Below are positions 17,897 through 25,993 of a DNA stretch of 64,000 nucleotides, piece by piece (position 1 is the stretch's first letter; every line of letters starts with the position of its first letter). The stretch is from Candidatus Uhrbacteria bacterium. Lineage in GTDB: Bacteria > Patescibacteriota > Patescibacteriia > JACQRZ01. The stretch lies in contig JACQSC010000002.1 of NCBI GenBank assembly GCA_016206155.1, positions 143,473-207,472 of the forward strand, written 5' to 3'. A program made the position numbers and the translations under genes. A model generated the notes under the pieces. It searched no databases. It was not told where the DNA came from and was given only the letters and a program-made list of their open reading frames with translations.

Positions 17897-20599
17897 ATGA
17901 AGATCCGTATTTATATTTTCATTCCCATTTTTTTCCTGATTATAGTAAATAGTGTAGAGGCAACAATCTGTATTAACGGTGATTGTCTTGATCAGCAACA
18001 ACTTCATGAGTTTGACAAGATTCAGAATTATTTAGATTCTTCCGCTATCAATCGTTATAGCCAAAATGGAGAACGATTTATAAGGTGGCCGAAGGGAAGT
18101 TACAGAGAGACCGGAAAGAGCGCTCTTTGCATAAATGGGAATTGTATTACCGAGTGGCCACCTCGTTTGAAAAATTTCGAATTAACTCTCGAAGGCGAGG
18201 ATTCAATGCAACGATATGTGGGCAGGTATTTTGTATTCGGACGAGTAGCAGCTCAGGATTATTATCGAGCTGGAGTTGTTTTGAAATACAATAACCAGTA
18301 CAAGCGATGGCTTGATCCTTCAACCGCTTCCCCGCCAGAAATTATTTATACAACGCCAGCATTTTCAGATACGGGGTATTCATTTGAGACATATTTAGGG
18401 CAATCCGTGGTTGGAAAAAGAAACTTTAATTATTTAAAATCGTCAAGGTATACCGATTTGAGCAATTTTGCTTGTAACAAGGTATCTACAAAGACAGAAT
18501 ATATTTACAATGATAAAGCACGATATATAAAATTTGAGGGCGGCAGAGACGAAGCAAGCTATCGCGGTTCGCTCACCTGTAAAATTCGTCACAAAAGTCC
18601 TATTGGCCTAGAGGCTGTTTATCCATTTGCTGTTGGAAAATTTGAATTGCCAGCTCCGAAAATACTTCAATTCAACGGAATACAGACTTCAGATGGAAAA
18701 CTTCAATTTTTTATCTTTGGTGACGGATACCAATTGACCGCTAAATATGTTGCAGAACTTGATTCGTCGGGACAGGAAAAGAAAGTCATTTTTGATTTGT
18801 TGAATGATCCGTTTGATTTGATGCATATCATTCCTTATCCCGCCGTAGAAACATCATATCGTTTTGTTATAAAAAATTCAGCTGGTGTCGTAACAGCGGA
18901 ATTTTCAAAGAGGCCAAATTATTACGGTCCATGGAGACCGGGCCCTCGATGGGCGACCGACACGCTTGATGATGGGCTAAGGGAGTGGTATAGTTCAGTT
19001 CGCTCATATCAAAGCGTTATAGATGAATTGGCTAATCCACCAAAAGAGAGGAAAGCAAGGGAGGATTCTTCGGAGCGCAACACAAGACAAAAAACAAAAA
19101 TTCAAAGCATTATCAGCAATGTAGGCAGTGGAATCACGTATTACGGACAAAATATTCAAGACATGTCGTATATTCATGATCCAGAGGTTGCTTTCGAGGA
19201 TACGTACACAGATCACCTTGTAGACTCCCTTCCTCCTTGCAGTCCAAAACCAAACCCGCTCTTAATTCAAGAGGCCTACCCAGATCTTTCAGAATTTTAT
19301 CCGGCATATCGCTGTTTTGGTAAAGCAAAACATTGTCTTGACGTGCTGCCGGATTGTCATATATCAGCTGTTAATATAACTGATATATTTAATTTAGATC
19401 AAATACATGCGAAAGATCTTCAAAATGAAGCGTTCATAGTAGAGTCTTGTGGTTTTTGGAGCTCCAATGAAAACAAATTAAAGCATCCTGATCTTGGACG
19501 ACGATGGTTATGGGACCCGAAGCGAAAATATCTTGTAAAAGATAATCCAGTTCAGACGAAAGTACGAGAAGTGCGTTGTGAAGATGGCGTGGTAGATACA
19601 CAGTATACGTATTCAAGCGTTCGCGGACCTAAAGTTAAATACGAATGCGGCCTTATGGATTCACGGTGCAGGGAGGGCGGGGTACGATCGCGCATGGAAA
19701 TCGCGAGAGAGTTAAAATCGCGTTCCATAGAAATTCCGACAGAATCGCCGACTTCGATTAAACAACAAGGAAAGCCAATCAATGCTGAGTCAACAGGCAG
19801 TGAGTGGGTTGATTGCTCGAAAACCCCTGAAGGGTGTAATAAATTTGTTCCAGATGATATAAATGACAATGCTGGCCATCTTTATCATTCTGAAGGGCAT
19901 TCAAATGATGGCATTCGTGATTTTCAGCGTCGCCTGAATGAGGCGCGCAGGGATGGTTCTGGAACCCATCCGATTGATCTTTATAATCCCCAAACACAAA
20001 AACAATATGTTGAATCAAATACAGGAGTTGTCACAAAGGAAGAGGCGGAATCTATCTATGGTAGTACAACTTCTGAGCAGCGTGAAGAAATCATTGACAA
20101 GGCAAAAGAGAAAAGAACCGATAGCGCGTTTAGTGTTGCGTCAATTATAGGCCAGAAGAAATGCAAGACTGACTTTCCATACGGCATCTTCCATGTGTGT
20201 TATTTTTCCGGGATAAACGCACCGATGACTGACGCGTCGGTCATTTTACAACAGCCTGAATGGAACGTGCCAGGTCCCATAAAAACAGGAGTGTTGATGG
20301 ATAATAGCTGGGGGACGGGGGTTATCAGTGCGACCAAGAGAACAGATGACATATCTGGCGTCTGGCGCGGACAATTTTTGTTTGAAAAGGGAACTTATTC
20401 ATTTTTCACGGTTGCAGATGATGGTGTTGAGGTTTGGTTTGACGATACCATGATTATTCAAAATTGGGCTGATCACGGAGAGACAGAAAACCGATCATCC
20501 CCTATTTTTCTTGATGGAGGATTTCATACCATTATGGTTCGATGGTACGAAAAAAACGGAGGGACTCGCTTGTTACTGCGAACCGAATTTATTCAGTAA
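17897..20599 (+). CDS. Secreted Cys-rich protein (paralog 3) with C-terminal PA14 domain
   Basis: Signal peptide; ICINGDC and LCINGNCITEWP; C-terminal W.GQF.F..GTY.F.TVADDGV.VW.D...IIQNW.DH...HTI.V.WYE.NGG matches PA14. Confidence 0.8.
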   Translation: MKIRIYIFIPIFFLIIVNSVEATICINGDCLDQQQLHEFDKIQNYLDSSAINRYSQNGERFIRWPKGSYRETGKSALCINGNCITEWPPRLKNFELTLEGEDSMQRYVGRYFVFGRVAAQDYYRAGVVLKYNNQYKRWLDPSTASPPEIIYTTPAFSDTGYSFETYLGQSVVGKRNFNYLKSSRYTDLSNFACNKVSTKTEYIYNDKARYIKFEGGRDEASYRGSLTCKIRHKSPIGLEAVYPFAVGKFELPAPKILQFNGIQTSDGKLQFFIFGDGYQLTAKYVAELDSSGQEKKVIFDLLNDPFDLMHIIPYPAVETSYRFVIKNSAGVVTAEFSKRPNYYGPWRPGPRWATDTLDDGLREWYSSVRSYQSVIDELANPPKERKAREDSSERNTRQKTKIQSIISNVGSGITYYGQNIQDMSYIHDPEVAFEDTYTDHLVDSLPPCSPKPNPLLIQEAYPDLSEFYPAYRCFGKAKHCLDVLPDCHISAVNITDIFNLDQIHAKDLQNEAFIVESCGFWSSNENKLKHPDLGRRWLWDPKRKYLVKDNPVQTKVREVRCEDGVVDTQYTYSSVRGPKVKYECGLMDSRCREGGVRSRMEIARELKSRSIEIPTESPTSIKQQGKPINAESTGSEWVDCSKTPEGCNKFVPDDINDNAGHLYHSEGHSNDGIRDFQRRLNEARRDGSGTHPIDLYNPQTQKQYVESNTGVVTKEEAESIYGSTTSEQREEIIDKAKEKRTDSAFSVASIIGQKKCKTDFPYGIFHVCYFSGINAPMTDASVILQQPEWNVPGPIKTGVLMDNSWGTGVISATKRTDDISGVWRGQFLFEKGTYSFFTVADDGVEVWFDDTMIIQNWADHGETENRSSPIFLDGGFHTIMVRWYEKNGGTRLLLRTEFIQ

Positions 20600-20606
20600 G
20601 TCGTCT

Positions 20607-22163
20607 ATGAGCGAAAAAACCAGAAAGTTTGAAAAAGCTGTGGTAGCTCTTGGTGCGGTAGGAGCGCTTCAATTTATCCAGCAGGATGCTCGCGCGGAAA
20701 GCGTTCGCCATCCAGTATCACAACAATTTGAATTAACCTACCAAGAGCGCGAAGGCGGAGAGCCGATCATTATTCGATTCCAATCTCCGAAAAATTTCGG
20801 ACATGAACAAGCTGACGAAACAGTAGACGATCATCCACTAATAAGAAAAATGAAAGAGACTGATGTATTTATTCATCATGTGAACGGATCTATCCTAGAC
20901 AGGAAACAATTTAGAGCATCAATCATTGAACGCATTCCCTCGATAAAGCAGCGATTGCGCATACCGGAACAAAATATTTCCCCACGAGAAAGTATTAAGC
21001 TCGGGGAATATATCATAAAGCAAGACCTTAGGTATGATTATTCTAGTGTTTATCCGTCCGACAGTGACGCGAGGAAGCGATCGGAAATTATTGACATCAC
21101 GCCAGTAGATCAGCTTCGCGGGAAGGGAGTTGTATGTCGCCATGCCGCGGTATATTTTTCGAAAACGCTTGAAGAGATTATTCAATCTGAAGCTCAACAC
21201 TCTCCCCAGGTACGCGGAATGTCAGTTGATGAACTTAGTGGTGATGTTAGACACGCGCTGAATAGTGTTCATAGAATATATCGGAAGGATGGTAAAACAA
21301 TTTTTGAGATAACGCCAATAGATATAACTCCTTCTGAGCGTAAAGAATTTCGGGTTGATACAGAACAGACAGTAACGAAACCCGCGGAAAGGATTTTATC
21401 GTTTCTTCGTCTCCATATTTTTCCTTTCGTGTCGTCAGAGTATATCTTCGCTAGTTTACGTTCTTTTTTTTCCGAAGTCATGCCACATGATGAAAAACTG
21501 TATGCCGTCAATGAGGCATATGAAATCTACCGCGATTCAGTGGAAGCGTTGAAAAAAAACGCACATCATGAGATACCATCACTTTTTTCTTCGGCAGTTC
21601 TATTTTTTGATGATATTCACGCTGGAGCTGTTCAAAAAAAGGACTGGGGTATAGTGTTGGCGGTTCAGGACGTTCTATATCAAATATTTCGTTCGCATGC
21701 AAATGATTTTTCAGATGTCAATAAAGCTCTTGCAATATACAAGGATAGGATTGCGCAAACAGCATCATCGGAGAATATGCGACAGATTCACGCATACTCT
21801 TGCTATGGAGACGCGCTACGAAGGTATGGACGGCCTGGCGAAAGTCTTGATGCTATGGAACGCGCATATATAATTAGCAGAATGGTGGAGTATTGGAAAT
21901 ATCATGTTGAAATAGGTATGGCATACGCTGATTTTTTAGGTGATGCCGGAATGAGAAAAGAAGCCCTTGCAATTTTGCGTGAGCTTTTTGAGTATTTTCA
22001 AAAGCTCCCGAAAAATGGAGCACTTGCAATCGGTTATCATAATGAGATCTATGAGAACGGTGAATATAAGAAGATTGAACCATTTGCGTCGCGCGAGAAT
22101 TTTGAACGATATGTTGAGCACAAAAAGAGGGGGTGGGAATCCAAAGCAAAATCACGAGATTAA
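20607..22163 (+). CDS. Exported transglutaminase-like (Cys-His-Asp) protein with TPR-like C-terminus; paralog of 7911-9683
   Basis: VVCRHAA, RHALN and PIDIT motifs; TPVDQL versus TPLDEL; signal ending DARA. Confidence 0.7.
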   Translation: MSEKTRKFEKAVVALGAVGALQFIQQDARAESVRHPVSQQFELTYQEREGGEPIIIRFQSPKNFGHEQADETVDDHPLIRKMKETDVFIHHVNGSILDRKQFRASIIERIPSIKQRLRIPEQNISPRESIKLGEYIIKQDLRYDYSSVYPSDSDARKRSEIIDITPVDQLRGKGVVCRHAAVYFSKTLEEIIQSEAQHSPQVRGMSVDELSGDVRHALNSVHRIYRKDGKTIFEITPIDITPSERKEFRVDTEQTVTKPAERILSFLRLHIFPFVSSEYIFASLRSFFSEVMPHDEKLYAVNEAYEIYRDSVEALKKNAHHEIPSLFSSAVLFFDDIHAGAVQKKDWGIVLAVQDVLYQIFRSHANDFSDVNKALAIYKDRIAQTASSENMRQIHAYSCYGDALRRYGRPGESLDAMERAYIISRMVEYWKYHVEIGMAYADFLGDAGMRKEALAILRELFEYFQKLPKNGALAIGYHNEIYENGEYKKIEPFASRENFERYVEHKKRGWESKAKSRD

Positions 22164-22187
22164 TTGATTTGGAAAAAAATACGAACA

Positions 22188-22480
22188 AAACCATATACTT
22201 TCCAGCCGCTCTTGTTGCGTTGAAGTAACGTTTTCTGCCCGCCATTTTATAATGAGGCAAAAAAGGTTGACACAATTTTAAACTAAGGTCGAATATTGTA
22301 GTAATACATTCTGATCGCTTAATCAAAGAAGATATTAGTGATACCGAACGGGTGCACGACCTTTCGTTACTCCAAGAGCTCGCTGCGCTTCTTCCGGAAC
22401 GGGCAAGCTGCCGCCTCTCATTAAACAATCTGCGAGAGGATCTTGGAGTTGCGCATAAGTGTAAGGAGGGAAAACGGTGA
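22188..22480 (+). pseudogene. Internally deleted duplicate of the DUF4143 ATPase cassette
   Basis: 22188-22310 resembles 16433-16557 (promoter); 22312-22459 matches 17139-17286 (one substitution seen); 22459-22480 matches 17746-17767. Confidence 0.92.
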
Positions 22481-22524
22481 CTGTCACCGTTTTTTTCCTG
22501 TCACCGTTTTTTTGCCGTTTTTTT
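22471..22524. repeat. Cassette-boundary site 6 (AAAAC-GGTGAC-T-GTCACC-GTTTT plus two stuttered right half-sites)
   Basis: Core at 22476-22488; CTGTCACCGTTTTTTT and CCGTTTTTTT follow. Confidence 0.85.
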
Positions 22525-22588
22525 GTGAACTAGCGTTGAAAATTCCGATGTGGTATAGTAATAATTGAATCAGGTTGATGCAATTATT

Positions 22589-24280
22589 ATGACACCTATT
22601 GAAAAGAAGGAGAGTGATCTTCTGGTCGAGCATGACATCGTTTCAAAGGACGATATAGCCGCAGCTAAGGAAGAGGGGGAAAAGCAAAACAAGCCCTTCT
22701 TCGACGCACTGCTTGCGCGCACAAAACTCACAGAGGAAAAAATCGGCACAGCGTTGTCCAAAGCGCTTGGAAGTTCGTTCTGCAATCTCAAAGCAGAACA
22801 TGTTGATGAGGGCGTATTCCATCTCATCCCGCAGGTTGTTGCCGCATCGCGCGGTATCATTGCGTTTGGACGTGAAAAAGAGGGAATCTCGGTGGGTATG
22901 ATCGATCCGCGCGATCTTGAAATGCGCCATTTTCTTGAGAAGCGTCTTAGCGAGCCAATCATCCCATGCGTGATTACTCTCGGCGGATTATCAAAAGCGC
23001 TCAAGGAGTACAAGGGCAGTTTAGCCGAGGCATTTAAGAACATCTATCAGCGCATCAAGGATACGACGCTCTCGCGCGAGCAGCGCGACAGCGCGACAGT
23101 GGAGCTTGTTGACGTGATTGTACGCCATGGGTATATAAATCGCGTATCAGATATCCACATTGAGCCATTTTCGCGAAAAATTCTTGTGCGTTTCCGCATC
23201 GATGGCGTCATGCACGATGTGCTTGAGATGCCAAAGGAGCTTTCCGACCTCATTGTCACGCGCATTAAAATTCTCTCGCGCATGCGCACTGACGAGCATC
23301 GCGCGGCGCAGGATGGCAAGTTTCGCTTTACCGCCGATGGCGAGCAAATAGATGTGCGCGTGTCGGTTGTTCCGGTAACATACGGAGAAAATATCGTCAT
23401 GCGTCTTCTTTCGACAAAGGCGCAGCAATTTAACTTGAGCGATCTTGGATTTGCGGAGCAAGATTTGAAAAAAGTTCAACGCGCGATCAAAAAACCCTAC
23501 GGCATGGTGCTTGTCACCGGACCGACCGGAAGCGGCAAAACTACAACCGTCTATGCGTTTCTTAAAATTTTGAACAAGCGTGATGTTCACATCATCACGA
23601 TTGAGGATCCCGTCGAGTACGACATAGAAGGCGTGACACAGATACAGGTTGATCCAAAGACAAATCTGACCTTTGCCAAGGGGCTGCGCGCGATTGTGCG
23701 CCAAGACCCCGACACGATCATGGTGGGCGAGATTCGCGATGCGGAGACGGCTGGTATTGCGGTAAATTCCGCCATGACCGGACACTTGGTCCTCTCAACT
23801 CTGCACGCAAATGATTCCGCAACGACATTGCCGCGCATGCTTGATATGGGTATAGAGCCTTTTCTTTTGGCGACAACAGTCAACATCGTTGTCGCCCAGA
23901 GGCTGGTCAGAAAAATTTGCGAGAAGTGCCGCGAGTCGTATACGATTACAACCGAGGAGAAGCGGCTGCTTGAGGAGGAGCCGATGTTAAAGGAAAAGAT
24001 CATCGCCCGCGGGACAAAAGCAATTGCGCAGGTGCGGTGGTATCACGGGAAGGGCTGTGGAGCGTGCAGCCACACGGGCTACCGAGGACGTCTTGGCATC
24101 TACGAAGTCATGGAGCTGTCTGAAAAAACGCGAGAGGCCATATTGCGCAGGGCTCCAAGCGAGGAGCTGATGGAACTAGCGGTTAAGGAAGGGATGACGA
24201 CGATGCTTGATGATGGGCTTGAGAAGATATTCCTTGGCACAACAACGCTGCACGAAGTAATCCGCGTAACGAGAACGTAA
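22589..24280 (+). CDS. pilB: Type IV pilus/T2SS assembly ATPase (GspE/PilB)
   Basis: SDIHIEP, RFRIDG, GPTGSGKTT, TIEDPVE, RQDPD..MVGEIRD and CxxC zinc motifs. Confidence 0.95.
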   Translation: MTPIEKKESDLLVEHDIVSKDDIAAAKEEGEKQNKPFFDALLARTKLTEEKIGTALSKALGSSFCNLKAEHVDEGVFHLIPQVVAASRGIIAFGREKEGISVGMIDPRDLEMRHFLEKRLSEPIIPCVITLGGLSKALKEYKGSLAEAFKNIYQRIKDTTLSREQRDSATVELVDVIVRHGYINRVSDIHIEPFSRKILVRFRIDGVMHDVLEMPKELSDLIVTRIKILSRMRTDEHRAAQDGKFRFTADGEQIDVRVSVVPVTYGENIVMRLLSTKAQQFNLSDLGFAEQDLKKVQRAIKKPYGMVLVTGPTGSGKTTTVYAFLKILNKRDVHIITIEDPVEYDIEGVTQIQVDPKTNLTFAKGLRAIVRQDPDTIMVGEIRDAETAGIAVNSAMTGHLVLSTLHANDSATTLPRMLDMGIEPFLLATTVNIVVAQRLVRKICEKCRESYTITTEEKRLLEEEPMLKEKIIARGTKAIAQVRWYHGKGCGACSHTGYRGRLGIYEVMELSEKTREAILRRAPSEELMELAVKEGMTTMLDDGLEKIFLGTTTLHEVIRVTRT

Positions 24281-24339
24281 GACTTTAAACTTTCAATTTT
24301 ATACTTTCGAAAAGAACAAGAACAAAGAAGGAACAGGGA

Positions 24340-25398
24340 ATGCTTACCATGTCGATAGGGGGGGTTTCCTTGGGTCAGCGCGCGCTTCTTGCGCGCCACC
24401 TGGCAATTATGCTGAAAGCGGGGCTTTCTCTCACTGAGTCGCTTGCAATCGCAAAGGATTCGGTCAAGGGGATGCTCAAAAACATTCTTGAAGACGTGTC
24501 GCGTTCAGTGACATCGGGTCGTTCGTTTGCCGACTCGCTTCTTGATCATCAGAGGCATTTTTCAGGGATATTTATCAGTGCGGTCAGAGCCGGAGAGGTG
24601 TCTGGCACACTTGAGATCAATCTGGAGCACTTGGCGGTTCAGCTGGAAAAAGATCGCGCAATTGCCTCAAAAGTAAAGGGCGCCATGCTGTATCCCATTA
24701 TAGTGCTGGTTGCAACATTTGGACTCGGTCTTGTGATTGCGTTCTTTGTACTTCCTCAAATTGTACCGCTGTTTATTGGGATGAAGGCGGAGCTCCCGAT
24801 TACCACGCGCATGCTTATCGCGTTTTCCGCGCTTATTCAAAACCACGGCAAGGCGCTGCTTCTCGGCATTGTGCTGGCAATTATTTTTCTATTCTGGCTT
24901 TCTCGCCAGCCGTTTGTAAAACCACTGACGCACGGGCTCTTGCTGCGCCTTCCAATCATCAGGCCAATTACGCAGGCGACCAATCTCGCGCGCTTCTCAC
25001 GGACGCTTGGTATGCTCCTTAAAAGCGGTCTGCGCATTGATGAGGCTATCGAGATTATGAAGACGACCCTTGGCAATGTGTATTACAAGCGCGCAATGAA
25101 CGAACTGGGCATGCGCGTGACAAAAGGCAGCACGTTGCATGAGATCCTCGAGCATCATCCAAACATTTTCCCGATGGTGCTCGTGCATATGGTTCGAGTT
25201 GGCGAGGAGTCCGGTAAACTCGACGAAACGCTTCTCTATCTTGGCGATTACTATGAATCAGAAGTCGATAACGCGACAAAAGCGCTTTCAACAATCATTG
25301 AGCCGCTGCTCCTTATCTTTATTGGCCTTGCGGTAGGTTTTCTCGCGCTCTCCATCATTACGCCGATCTATAATATCACCGGGGGAGTGAGGAGATAA
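24340..25398 (+). CDS. pilC: Type II secretion F family/PilC platform protein
   Basis: GE.SG.L twice, MLYP and IEP motifs; three TM segments. Confidence 0.93.
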   Translation: MLTMSIGGVSLGQRALLARHLAIMLKAGLSLTESLAIAKDSVKGMLKNILEDVSRSVTSGRSFADSLLDHQRHFSGIFISAVRAGEVSGTLEINLEHLAVQLEKDRAIASKVKGAMLYPIIVLVATFGLGLVIAFFVLPQIVPLFIGMKAELPITTRMLIAFSALIQNHGKALLLGIVLAIIFLFWLSRQPFVKPLTHGLLLRLPIIRPITQATNLARFSRTLGMLLKSGLRIDEAIEIMKTTLGNVYYKRAMNELGMRVTKGSTLHEILEHHPNIFPMVLVHMVRVGEESGKLDETLLYLGDYYESEVDNATKALSTIIEPLLLIFIGLAVGFLALSIITPIYNITGGVRR

Positions 25399-25531
25399 CG
25401 TAATCCGTAATCCGTAACTTGTAACTTGTTCTATGGGAAGATTGCGAGGCGTTATAAGACAAGGATTGTTACATATGGTCACATTGCTTGGAGGTCCTTG
25501 TACTAGTTACAGATTACGAGTTACGAGTTAC
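25398..25531. repeat. Inverted pair of heptamer tandem arrays (CGTAATC/TGTAACT ... AGTTACG)
   Basis: CGTAATCCGTAATCCGTAACTTGTAACTTG after pilC and AGTTACAGATTACGAGTTACGAGTTACG before GFTLIE. Confidence 0.85.
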
Positions 25532-25993
25532 GGTCTCGGGTTTACGCTCATCGAACTCCTCATTGCAATGGCATTGATGATTGTGCTTATCGGCGCGGCG
25601 GCGCCACTCTACAGCAACCTCCAGACAAGCAGCCAGCTCAATGAAAGCGCTGTTACTGTTGCAAGTACGCTTCGACTTGCGCGCACCCGGAGTGTTGCGC
25701 GGCAGAATAATAGCAGCTATGGAGTATATATTGAGGCGAATGCTGGCGGCGCTGATCGTCTCATTCTCTTTGCCGGTATATCCTATGCCGCGAGGAATCC
25801 CGCCTATGACCGGATCACAACATTTGACAGCGCGCTTTCTGTGACGCCCATGCTTTCGGGCGGTGTGACGGAAATCGTATTTTCACGAGCAACAGGCGTC
25901 CCGTCGGCGACAGGAACGATCGGCATTTCGCATGCCACAACGGGAAGCCGTTCTGTTTCAATAAATGCGCTTGGCGCAGTTGATTATGATTGA
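25433..25993 (+). CDS. Minor pilin, FimT/GspH-like
   Basis: G|FTLIELL prepilin site; LRLARTRSV...; start codon uncertain. Confidence 0.85.
   Translation: MGRLRGVIRQGLLHMVTLLGGPCTSYRLRVTSYGLGFTLIELLIAMALMIVLIGAAAPLYSNLQTSSQLNESAVTVASTLRLARTRSVARQNNSSYGVYIEANAGGADRLILFAGISYAARNPAYDRITTFDSALSVTPMLSGGVTEIVFSRATGVPSATGTIGISHATTGSRSVSINALGAVDYD

Noticed and set aside
21874-22428. 184-aa minus-strand ORF and the many other antisense or nested ORFs in the track
   Set aside because: Shadow ORFs over real genes or the duplicated remnant, with no recognisable motifs.
9636-22524. Classical integron (attC) or CRISPR array
   Set aside because: No IntI, no RYYYAAC...GTTRRRY long hairpins recognised, and no regularly spaced repeat-spacer units or cas genes.
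25433-25503. Remnant of a four-helix-bundle/Avd gene between the heptamer arrays
   Set aside because: Only a vague LLGG resemblance over ~70 bp; cannot be supported.
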